This document shows positions 1-12,945 of a stretch of DNA of 20,000 nucleotides, piece by piece. Source of the DNA: Folioceros fuciformis (lineage: Eukaryota); assembly GCA_049999805.1 (NCBI GenBank), contig JBNGIO010005486.1, positions 44,121 through 64,120 of the forward strand, written 5' to 3'. Below the pieces are notes generated by a model. That model was not told where the DNA came from and did not search any database. It saw nothing but the letters and a program-made list of their open reading frames with translations. Each line of letters opens with the position of its first letter. Within the stretch, counting starts at the first letter, position 1. The position numbers and the translations under genes are program-made.

Positions 1-3000
1 CAAGCGTCTGGAGCGGCAAGGACAGACAGTGAAGCTTGCTTCCAAATCAGGACAAGAAAATCAAGTTCTCGCAAGAACTGTTCAATCGGTGATTGAAGGC
101 CAATAAAACAGTGTTGCATGCGCCTAACTCGTGTCTCCAGCCTTTGGCAAAGCAGCTGCAAAGAGGTACCTTTCAAAGAGCTTCCGCCGCTCAGCATAAG
201 ACCAGCACGAAACTGGGCAACCAAGGATATACAGTCCACATACAGCATTGTGAACTTGGCTGCCTCATTCCCGTTGTAAGTTCTGCTTGCAATACCTTGC
301 AAGTCCTGCCGACAGACACTGTTACCAGAGTGATCAGAATACCTCCCGAATCAACAAGGTAGAACCAGACACTCCAATAAACATACTGTTGGTCAAACAA
401 CCGAAGTCTTACCGGATGATTCTTAGGGACTCACGCAGCCCTTTGGATTCCAGCAATGACAAGGACTTAGTTGCAGTTTCCACAACGTAAGAAACAGCAT
501 CAAACACGTGCGGTGCTCTCAGATCTCCTTTGTGTTCCCCGCGTCCGTTGTCTTTGCTGCGCAGAGATGCTCCTTTGGCATCACCTTGTGGGGTTTGCAT
601 CCCCCCTTCTGCTTGCAATACTGAAGAAGTACCACGGTTTCTAACCAATGCATCCTTCCCAGACCTCCACGTTACTTGTTTTGCATTACACCCGACTGAG
701 TGGATTTCAGGGATTGATCCTTCCAGCAACTGATGGCTGTAGTTTCTAGCGTACATGAGCAGGTTGGCTGGGACGATGGACAACACCGTGGAAGTCTCTT
801 TTGAAGCACCAATCAACAGGGCCAAAGTTGCAGCAAAACGAGGTTCATCCAGGCCCACCTCACCATACAAAAATGTTCTCATCTAAAAAAGGATGATCAC
901 ACGAATCAACACTGAAACAACAAGAGACTGTGGGGTGCTGACGCACATCCGAAAGGAAAGATAAATCTTCTGATTTTTTCTGTTGCATAGAGAAATTCGT
1001 AACCAACCTCATGTACAAGATCATCGGCAATGGATTCTGTTTGACTTCCATGTGCTGACCCAAACCTTGCAAGTGCTTGCACAACGCTCGTGACGTCCTA
1101 CCATTCCCACAGTGAATCAGCTTGAACCATCCTTTGTAATTAGCTAGGAGGAACACGAATCAGAATTATTTCTTACTTCAGGGTGTTGCTCCAAGCTGGC
1201 TAACAGCTTTTGCACAGTCGCGCGATAAGTTGGAATACTTGAAAGTTTGATCGAGGATAGCAAGTCGTGTACAGCCTTTCGCATGCCGGCATTTGAATCT
1301 TCTAAAACACTGAGAAACTGTGACAAGTGAGCCATGCTAACGTAAACACAGCCAGCTCCTGGCGACATTGGCCTCAAATTGAATGCCAGGGGCCACAAAA
1401 ACCAAATAAGAAACGGGGAATGTACCATGTGCAAATGATTTTCCTTGACCACAAGTTGATCTGCATGGGCCAAACTCAGAAATGCATCCATCGTTTGCAT
1501 CCGCACGTTTGCTGCATGGTCGTTCAGCATATCCACCAGAAGATCAACGGCGCCTTTTGACATTTTTTTAGAAGAAATGCTCAACTTAGCCAGTGCCTCA
1601 ACGGCTGCTGCCCGTACCTGGAATTGCTCAGTAGATAATCAAAGGTCTCAGCAACATTTGTACCCCAGTTGTGCTCGCAGATGATTGAGTAAACCAAGCA
1701 GCATCACAGTGCAAGAATCTCACTTCATAATACTCATCCTCAAGGCCATGTACAAAAGCTCCTGCGGCACTGCTGTAAAACTGGACGCTGGCAGATTCGG
1801 ACTTCAAAACGTCAGATTCATGAACTGCCTCTGGTGTTCCAGATGAGTCCTTTGAAAGAAGGACCTTTTTGGTCAACGTCTGAAGCAGCACTGATTCACT
1901 GACGAATTTCATATTGCCTAGAGTCTGGCACGCCACCTGCCTTACTCTGAAGCTCACATCAGTAAGCCTCTTGCAGATCTGCAAATGAACGTAAACACTG
2001 GAAGCAACAATGTTACTCTCAGCTGAAATAATTTCCCACTTCGAAACAAATTGCACAACAGCTCAGCCATCGACGAAACCGAATCGGAAATTTATGCCTG
2101 ACCTGAATAAATGGATCATCCAATTCATGAGTCTGGGACCCATCCTTCATGCATGAAAGGAGATCTGTTGCCCAATGCCCAACCTGCACAGCAGACCCAG
2201 CCAAAAGAAATGCTTCAATACAAGCCCTTAGGTTTATAATACAAGCCCTTAGGTTTATAATACAAAGCCCGTCGAAATTCTCTCACCAGCTCAACGGCAG
2301 CAACACGAACTGTTTCGAAAGTGTCATCAAGCAGCTCCACTGCACGCTCGTAACAGCCCCTGGTCAACTTCAATCCCTTTGAACTGATTAATATCATGGC
2401 CCGCAAAGCAGCTTCCCTTACACCCGAGTGAGGATCATTCATATATTCCTCCAAAGCACGAGCCAGCTGATACCTATGACCACTATCAGTCCGATCACAG
2501 GCAGCTTCTGCAGGGACCTGTGAGTCCCTAACACTTTCAGCAAGCAATCGGATCGCCAACAAGCGCAGCCTTGGATTCAAGCTCCCCAGCTGCAAATTCA
2601 CATGTGGTGCGATGGCCTCCCAGCTCAATGAAGAAGTTCCGGTTGCAAGATGGTGCAACGAGCGGAGAATTTGCAGCTTGACAATGTCTCCAACCTGGCC
2701 ATGTCTAGTGGACAGGTACTTCAGCAGAACACTGGTGATGTCTTCCAGCATCGGAAGCTGTACGTTCGTGTCATCCCTTTCCACTTCCTCGGTATTATGA
2801 TTCAGGTCAATACCTTCCATATCTATGTCGGCACATCTGTCCTTGTTCAAATCTATCTCCTCAGTCTTCCGACACGCATACGCTCCGAAACTACCAGCAC
2901 TTCCCAGTCCCGTGAATCCTCTAAGGCCACATCCAGGATCCCCAGCTTGCTTGTCCAGAGCTGTAAACTCACCATGCTGTTCGCCCTTTCGGTCTGGAGA

Positions 3001-3267
3001 ATGGTCGGCAACTGAAGCAGCCAGCAAGGACAGACCGAACACAATCTTCTCCAACACAAAACTATTCTCTTCTTGCCACAATTGCCTGATGAATACACCA
3101 TGGATCAGCTTCACTGCCTCGCTGTCGGGCTCCAAGGACCCGATCTGCGCAATGATACACTGGACTGCCTCAAACCTAACCCACACGTCATGATCGCTCA
3201 GTCTGATCGCATGCTCGCGGACCACTGCGCTCATCCTCGTCTGCGGTAGGGTTTGGACAACCTCCAT
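1..3267 (-). CDS. SIEL: Integrator complex subunit 4 / SHORT-ROOT INTERACTING EMBRYONIC LETHAL (HEAT/ARM-repeat protein), 3'-truncated by the window edge
   Basis: Exons joined by GT-AG introns with consistent phase: 3267-2287, 2183-2103, 1978-1724, 1617-1426, 1317-1177, 1097-1008, 882-413, 318-<1. Peptides DPHSGVREAAL, LLDDTFETVRVAAVEL, LTDVSFRVRQVACQTLG, SAAGAFVHGLEDEYYEVRAAAVEAL, AVDLLVDMLND and RRMQHCFIGL match the INTS4/SIEL family as I recall it. The start is taken as the first ATG (MEVVQ); the ORF track's TTG start at 3378 is not used. Confidence 0.88.
2217..2270. repeat. 21-bp tandem duplication in SIEL intron 1
   Basis: AATACAAGCCCTTAGGTTTAT at 2217-2237 and 2238-2258, plus partial AATACAAAGCCC at 2259-2270. 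Confidence 0.95.
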
Positions 3268-3818
3268 CGCTCCTCGTCTTCCCTGTGCGATCAAGCCCTC
3301 CCGGACTTCCGTCGCGGCTGAGCTGCTGAACACAACGCTAATACGCTCACACTCTTTTTCACTCACTGCCGTTGACAAATGCTAATTAAACCCGGACAGT
3401 ACTTCACCCGATAAGCAACTCACCTGGAGAAGAACGCGTCTCAAAACCCGAACTCAGCGTAGAGATCCTACTCAACGCTCTTCCTTTCTATACCGGGTAA
3501 TTTATGAAAAGATGGAAAAATATATTTATGATGGAAACACTAGGGACTAACCCCCTAATTTATTTACTTGAGAAGAACAACATAGAGATAAACCATGATA
3601 GGAATACTAAGGGTTAACCCTTTAAGCCTAATGACTACCATAGTACCTAAAACATCATGGTTAAGGAGGAGAAAGATCTACCTACTACTGCTAGGGTTTC
3701 TAACGTTGCCTCTCTTGCCAACGATGTCGTCCTTTCCATACTAGATTTAATCTTTCTATTATCCACGCACTGACCCCATGAGGAGGACCAAAATCATCCG
3801 GCACAGTCACATCATCTT

Positions 3819-3918
3819 NNNNNNNNNNNNNNNNNNNNNNNNNNNNNNNNNNNNNNNNNNNNNNNNNNNNNNNNNNNNNNNNNNNNNNNNNNNNNNNNNN
3901 NNNNNNNNNNNNNNNNNN
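3819..3918. other. Assembly gap (100 N, true size probably unknown)
   Basis: Run of exactly 100 N. Confidence 1.
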
Positions 3919-4376
3919 AACCTTCACTTCAAAACAACCTTTGTTCTATCCAACCTTCAACATAAACCTCAACCCAACTTCCACTCTATGAAGATTATCA
4001 TAACTAAATCCCACTATGCTCAAGTTTCAAAAATCTGCCACCATCCCAAGAACCTTCCATCCACATTCTCTCATGTTTTTGTCATTCTTCTCAAAGTTTT
4101 TGCCAATCTTCTCAAAGAAAGCAAGGGATAAAATGCTTCAAGGATCTTCTTCTTAAAGCTCTGCCACTCCATCCCATCTACACACAAGGTTGCCACCACA
4201 TTGGACCACCATAGAAGAGTATCACCCACCAAGTGATAATGTATGAACTTCACATACATTTCCTTCTCCAAACCTCGGGCTTCAAAATACTTCTCCATGT
4301 CACCAAACCACTTTGTCATACTACTAGGATCAATGTTGACATTATATATGCACAATCCCCGAGGTGGGTGAGGCAA
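3919..4376 (-). mobile_element. Degenerate LTR-retrotransposon gag remnant (Ty3/gypsy-like)
   Basis: Gag-like motif W-x3-ME-x-YF...L-x-G-x-(A/T)-x-x-WW...W-x2-FK-x5-F-x-P. The frame stops at 4071 and downstream sequence has stops up to the gap. No pol and no paired LTRs are visible. Confidence 0.6.
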
Positions 4377-4979
4377 CTCCACAGAGTTATTAATCCAAAA
4401 TACAAGACTAAATCTTACTTGAGGATCATGTCTTTGCCTCTTCATTCTCCACACACCAGGGTTGGAATAATAAGTCGAGAAGATCAAATAAGACGTCTCC
4501 ACAACAAGCAGCTCAAACGAGCCATCTTGGAGTTTGAACATACTCCAGTAGGGCTGAACCTCATAAACATAGATGGGTGGAATGCTCAACCACTCTTTAG
4601 TATTCGGATTGAACACCACAAACTCAGTAACAGCCCAGTTACGCTCCCTAAGCCATATGCATATCCAGTCATCCACCACCAGATACTTGCGAAATTTCGA
4701 ATTCAAACCATCCCTAAACTTGGAAGGCAGGTAACTGATATCCATGGGCACAAAGGTCCTCATCTTCTCTCCATATCTTCCTACTTTCCTGTGTGTTCGA
4801 AACAATGCAGTGCCATCAACATTAAACCTCCATTCATATGGCCCAAATGCAACAATATAGTCACGAGGACTGGTAAATTGCTGGCTTGAGCTCGTCATTT
4901 CTAAACCTAAACCTACATCAATATATAGTATGAAAATAGGGTTAGAAACATAGTACTTCCCAAAAGAATGATGCAACAT
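4071..4979 (-). CDS. Chimeric ORF: F-box-associated (beta-propeller-type) segment fused to a retrotransposon gag-like segment; possibly a pseudogene or TE-captured fragment
   Basis: aa ~79-177 (MDISYLP...WICIW...FVVFNPNTKEWLSIPP...FELLVV...YYSNPGVW) resemble the region downstream of the F-box in plant F-box proteins; no F-box motif is seen. aa ~202-302 (DPSSMTKWFGDMEKYF...LVGDTLLWW...WQSFKKKILEAFYP) resemble the Retrotrans_gag pattern. Alternative start ATG at 4898. Confidence 0.55.
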   Translation of the reverse strand: MLHHSFGKYYVSNPIFILYIDVGLGLEMTSSSQQFTSPRDYIVAFGPYEWRFNVDGTALFRTHRKVGRYGEKMRTFVPMDISYLPSKFRDGLNSKFRKYLVVDDWICIWLRERNWAVTEFVVFNPNTKEWLSIPPIYVYEVQPYWSMFKLQDGSFELLVVETSYLIFSTYYSNPGVWRMKRQRHDPQVRFSLVFWINNSVELPHPPRGLCIYNVNIDPSSMTKWFGDMEKYFEARGLEKEMYVKFIHYHLVGDTLLWWSNVVATLCVDGMEWQSFKKKILEAFYPLLSLRRLAKTLRRMTKT

Positions 4980-5643
4980 GAAAAAATCACTCTAAGTTTA
5001 AATTACATAATAGTAAAAAACAACAAACAAACATTGTAACATAATACTAATGGCAAACTAACATAATCTCTTACTACCATACTAACCTCCTGCACATAAA
5101 CAAACACAAAGATATATTTCTATGAATATATAGAAATAAAGCCCCAACATCAAAATTTGGTCACTCGATTGAACATAATTATGACCAGCGAGATCAAGAC
5201 CTACTACATACATATATACCATGTTTCCTCGATTACGCGAAGGAACCATTCGAGAGGGGGGATAAAAATAATGTTGTGAATTTATGCTTGAAAATTAATC
5301 ATAATCTCACAACTAGTTGGTCTGAGAACTATTTTTGTGGAGGTTATTTATTAAGATGTATGTCTTGGTTTATTTTTCCATCGCCATTTCAATGTATTTA
5401 TTGGTTTTTTTTTTTCCTTCGCCATTTCATTTCAATGATAGAGTTTCTAACGTTTGTTTTTGTAAGATTGTTTTGTTAACTTACTAACGTATTACATATA
5501 TTTTGTAGTCTACTAGCTATACTTTGTAGTAGAGTGTCATCTAATGATTAGATTTCTGGAATTCTATTTACTCGTGTGACATCGATGGGAGGCTCGACTC
5601 AAGTTGGCTTCGTTTCTTGTAAGACTCTTCTCTAAGATTCCTC

Positions 5644-5990
5644 TATCCCTTAGTCTATTCGAGCCTACCTCTGTTCTTGTTTGAGGAAAGATGCTGGTGT
5701 CCCTTGGTTTGTTCGAGCTTGCCTGTACTCTTGCTGAAGAAAAAGGGCTAGTATCCCTTGGTGTGTTTGAGTGTGTCTCTATTCCTACTCAAGAAAAAGG
5801 GGCTATTGTTCATTTATTTATTCGAGCTTGCCTACATTCCTACTTGAAAAGAAAGGGACTGGTATCCTTTGGAAGAAATGGACTGATATCCCTTGGTTTG
5901 TTCCAGTTTGCCTTCATTCCTACTCAAGGAAAAAAGGGCTAGGATTCCTTAGTCTGTTCCAGCTTATCTCCCTTCCTACTGCGAGAGAAG
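5644..5990. repeat. Degenerate 54-56 bp minisatellite, about 6 copies plus one truncated unit
   Basis: Units start at 5644, 5698, 5752, 5807, (5863, truncated), 5887 and 5943. Consensus is approximately TATCCCTTGGTTTGTTCGAGCTTGCCTNCATTCCTACTCAAGAAAAAGGGCTAG. Confidence 0.9.
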
Positions 5991-6654
5991 GTAGATGTGA
6001 ATTCATTGCTACTAGCTTGGCTCTGTATAAAGGCTTTTCAATTCACATCAACAGTGTTCTCTAATGTGATGAACAACATTCTATCATGACATTAACAATA
6101 TTTTCTACTGTGATAAATAACATTCTCTACTGTCATGAATACATTCTCTAGTGAACAACTTTCTCTATTGTGATGAGGTTTCACCTTGGCTTTGTCCAAT
6201 TTGTGTTCTATGTTGTCTTGAATGTGAGTCTTGAATGCTAGTTGGCTTGGATGGAGTGCATAGGTATGCAATGCACATTGTGAAGAAGGTGGCTTGTTGC
6301 CTTCCCAAGATGTTTGTATAATACATTGCTTCAAATGGTTCCCTTTCACTTTGGAGAGGTCTTGATATGAGGAAATATATTGCACTTTTGACAGACAGAT
6401 CCTTTGATATGAGGAAACATGTTGCACACATTCGACTAGGATATGTTTTGCAAGTGTGTCTACAAGGGTTGCTTCAGACTAAGATCCATGAATACAACCC
6501 AATTCAATCCGAGCACATCTTCATGTGCGACTAAGATCCATAAATACAACGCAAGCTTATCCTACCCTTTGTTGCCATGCAGATCCTAGGCACATCTTTC
6601 TTCTGCTGTTATGGCACCGGCTGTTGGTTCCAAGGCGCACCAGGACACGACAGA

Positions 6655-6695
6655 AAGGAAGGAAGGAAGGAAGGAAGGCTAGGAAGGAAGGAAGG
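6655..6695. repeat. (GAAG)n microsatellite, interrupted
   Basis: aaggaaggaaggaaggaaggaaggctaggaaggaaggaagg. Confidence 0.95.
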
Positions 6696-7269
6696 CTTCA
6701 CTTCGATAGCGGGTGTCCATCGCCCCTACCAAGGGCAGTAGCCAAATGTAAGTTCCAAAACCACGGCCAACGAAGGGAGGCGGCTTCATTGGTGATAGTG
6801 GAGACCCATGGCCGGCATTTGGTCTCGAGATCGCAAATTGTGCGGTCTCCCTGAACCGAGTGAGCCTGAATCACTCAAGGCACTGCATCCCTCGCAAACA
6901 AGTCAGTCACGATCCACTCGCAGCCAGAGGTGGCGGCTGGCTCGGTGGCCGACGATCGGCCATGTCGGCCATGTGTCACGCACAGGCGTGATGGTGAGGA
7001 GGAGGAACATTCGCAAGCCTGCGGCAAGCGTTCACTGGCCCGGATTGAATAACCGATATCTCCTGCCATGTCCACGTAAGCGCCATCCATCCGATTGTGG
7101 TGGCCACAAATTCACACTAGCACTTCACGGGATGGACAAGTGGTATGTGGGCAGTATTGAGGGGAGTTTGTTGGGTGTGATTTGGGAAAGATCGTTGAAA
7201 GCGGGCTGGGCTGTCTGTTGCATTAGCTGGGCCTTCATTCCTTGCCTTCTGCTGGTATCGTCGAGGACG

Positions 7270-10299
<3,030 letters not shown>

Positions 10300-11011
10300 C
10301 GTACGGTTTAATTCACTACAATTCGTGAGCTGCATCCGGACGATTTTGTCTCACCATTCTCACTCGAATACGTGCAAGGCGACAGTCGTAAGCTGAGCAC
10401 AGGGATCATAAGAGACCTACTTGCACCGCAGCGTCTGGCTTGTGTTTCTGCCTGAAATCGTAAGGGCATGGTAAAACGTAAGCATTGAGGGGGAGGCAAA
10501 GCTCCATGAGAAGTAAGCCTTATTCATGGGAAAAACTCACGTCCCTATCTACACAATATACGGGAGGTGAAGCATGCCTGCCCACCGGCAGAACACTTCT
10601 TGTGCTGGAGAAAGACAGGACACCTTAATCGAAGATATGGGACTGACCCATGCTATTCTGCACGGAAGGTTGTCTGTTGTGAGTGAGTGGCACGAAGTAC
10701 TTCGGTGATCGATATGTTGGCGCGGTTGGACAGCTACTTTCTGCAAACGGGAAACGGAGTCTATGGCTCGAGCTTATAATAGGTTGGAATCACAATTCCT
10801 TTGAGGCCGAGCCTTTCATTTCCTCGAACATCTTTCCACGTAAACATATATCTACGCAGCCATAACTTGAGTGTTGTCCAAACGGCAATTTGATAAGCGG
10901 CGTCTGAAAGAGACGTAGTCTTTCCCGAGCAGCGCTTGCAAGCCCCTGGGCGAGGGGACAGACGGGGCGATGGTGAGGCAATCCGGAGGCTTGTAGAGGG
11001 TGGCCGGCCAA

Positions 11012-12214
11012 ATGCTGAGCAATCCAAGGATTTTCGCGTCGGCAGGCCGCTGCTTACTGCGCCCGGTGCCTGGATCATTATTCCAGCGGCTATCCTGTGG
11101 TGTGGCTGCTACAATGGCGGCAACCGTGCCGACATGGAGGCCGAATTTCGTGTCAGTGGAGCGGGGAGGCGTGCCTGGGGAGGAGGCATGCGAGGAGCCA
11201 GGCACCAGCATCAGGATCGTTTCCTACAACGTTCTTGCCCAGGCTTATGTGAAGAGCGAGACGTTCCCGCACTCTCCTTCCGGCTGTCTGAGGTGGAAGC
11301 CTCGGTCCCGAGCGGTGCTGTCTAGGTTGCTGTCGTTCGATGCGGATTTCCTTTGCCTGCAGGAGCTGGACGAGTTCGAGAGCTTCTACAGGCAGCCTAT
11401 GAGCAGGCAGGGATACGACAGCGTGTATGTGAAGCGTGGCGGGAGGAAGCGAGATGGATGTGGAATTTTCTTCAGGCGGTCTAGGTTTGAGTTGCTGGAC
11501 AGGCAGGAGATCGACTACAACCGCCTTGTGCCAGACTCATCCGGTCAGGATTCGAGCGGATCCGAGGAGGAGGAACTGTCGATGGAGAGGCTGGCAAACC
11601 CTAACGATCCTCGGGTGAGGTTGAAGCGTGATTGTGTTGGCATCATGGCTGCTTTCAGGTTTGTGGATGGCCCGCAGCATGTGCTTCTCATAGCGAACAC
11701 GCATCTGTACTGGGACCCGGCATGGGCCGACGTGAAGCTGGCACAGGCGAAGTATTTGCTGTCATGCCTTGCAGAGTACCGGCAGACACTGTCGGAGAGA
11801 TTCAAATCTGCTCCGCTTGTCATGGTGACTGGAGACTTCAACTCTCAGCCTGGGGACGAGGTATACTTGTTCCTCGTCAGTGCCACCTCTGGGCACGTCA
11901 AGGAATCTGTCCAGATATCCTCCAGAGATGAGTCAGGTGATGTGTTGGTCTGCAAGGATCCTGAGCTTCCAACAGTCCAGCTACGCAGCCTGTACGCTCA
12001 AGCTCGAGGGGAGCCTCCTTTCACAAACGTTTCCCCTGGATTCACCGGCACGTTAGACTACATTCTGTTCCATCCAAGTGATCTGCTTAAACCTAAGTCA
12101 TTCTTGGAGCTACCAGACTCGGAGTCAGCTACTGAGCTTGCTGGGGGACTACCTAACCACTTCCACCCTAGCGACCATCTGCCTCTAGGTGCGGACTTCG
12201 TCATCCGCCATTGA
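11012..12214 (+). CDS. CCR4-4: CCR4 homolog 4 / HESPERIN-like EEP-family phosphodiesterase (nocturnin/angel group, no LRR), intronless, 400 aa
   Basis: Continuous ORF with all EEP motifs: VSYNVLAQAYVKS, DFLCLQELDE, KRDGCGIF, DPRVRLKRDCVGIMAAF, ANTHLYWDP, GDFNS, FTN...TLDYI, HPSDHLP. Collinear with Arabidopsis CCR4-4 as I recall it. First ATG at 11012; second in-frame ATG at 11114. Confidence 0.92.
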   Translation: MLSNPRIFASAGRCLLRPVPGSLFQRLSCGVAATMAATVPTWRPNFVSVERGGVPGEEACEEPGTSIRIVSYNVLAQAYVKSETFPHSPSGCLRWKPRSRAVLSRLLSFDADFLCLQELDEFESFYRQPMSRQGYDSVYVKRGGRKRDGCGIFFRRSRFELLDRQEIDYNRLVPDSSGQDSSGSEEEELSMERLANPNDPRVRLKRDCVGIMAAFRFVDGPQHVLLIANTHLYWDPAWADVKLAQAKYLLSCLAEYRQTLSERFKSAPLVMVTGDFNSQPGDEVYLFLVSATSGHVKESVQISSRDESGDVLVCKDPELPTVQLRSLYAQARGEPPFTNVSPGFTGTLDYILFHPSDLLKPKSFLELPDSESATELAGGLPNHFHPSDHLPLGADFVIRH

Positions 12215-12641
12215 CTGTACGCCAGGCACGTCTGGACATATTGCGCGCCGCGGGCTTCACACTTCAATGACGGTAAATCACAGTGCAGTGGCATCTCCTT
12301 CGTCACCCGCATCCATGGTGCCGAATTCCTTTCAACTGTACGCCAATCAAAATTTCAATATCATCTGCAAGCGTAGACCTCACACATCACTCCCGGTTGA
12401 GTGCCTTGAGTCCCCAAATCCCACGTTATTCCCTCGTTGCAAGAGTACGGCCACGAGGCACAGTTAAAAACGTCCGTGCTCGCAAACTTCCTCCTCCCAA
12501 GGTGCTCTTGTTTAACTTCCTAGCCTTTTTCTCTACATCGGAGTCAACAACAAATCACTAAGTAGTCTAGAAAGTTGACATTTTGGAAGCAATAATGATA
12601 TTTGAAGGAGCTAGTACCTTTGGCTTTGTTTGGTTGTTCCT

Positions 12642-12860
12642 CCAATCTTCTTTGGAGGAACAATCTTCTTTGGAGGAACAATCTTCTTTGGAGTAGATGA
12701 GACTTTCTATCAATCTTTGAAGTAGATTTGTTTAGTTGTTCCAACAATCTTTGAAGTAGATGAGACTTTCCACCAATCTTTGGAGTAGATGAGACTTTCC
12801 ACCAATCTTTGGAGTAGATGACACCTTCCACCAATATTTGGAGTAGATGAGACTTTCCAT
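12642..12860. repeat. Compound minisatellite: 18-bp units grading into 29-bp units
   Basis: CAATCTTCTTTGGAGGAA x2 plus a third unit start (12643-12696); degenerate linker; CAATCTTTGGAGTAGATGAGACTTTCCAC x4 starting at 12745, 12774, 12803 and 12832. Confidence 0.92.
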
Positions 12861-12945
12861 CTCTTTTTCAATAATAGAAAATACTGCCTAGAAACAAGTA
12901 GGTGTTACATAGAACGATAATGTAGCACATGAAGGGACAATTTTT

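Noticed and set aside
570..580. CTCCTTTGGCA, complementary to the miR399 5' half
   Set aside because: It is on the strand antisense to SIEL mRNA, lies within an exon, and has poor 3' pairing.
3268..3378. TTG-initiated N-terminal extension of SIEL
   Set aside because: Artefact of the ORF track allowing bacterial start codons; no supporting homology.
3529..3818. Possible LTR terminus (TGATG... at 3529) and a PBS-like TGGTAT on the minus strand near 5216-5221
   Set aside because: No second matching LTR, the PBS match is only 6 nt, and the gap prevents testing.
4233..4889. 218-aa plus-strand ORF
   Set aside because: Antisense shadow of the 4071-4979 ORF with no recognisable motifs.
6362..6550. 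Spaced direct repeats as a mini-CRISPR
   Set aside because: These are two unrelated repeat pairs of only two copies each.
12544..12834. 96-aa ORF with LQRRLF repeats
   Set aside because: Translation of the minisatellite, with a non-ATG start.
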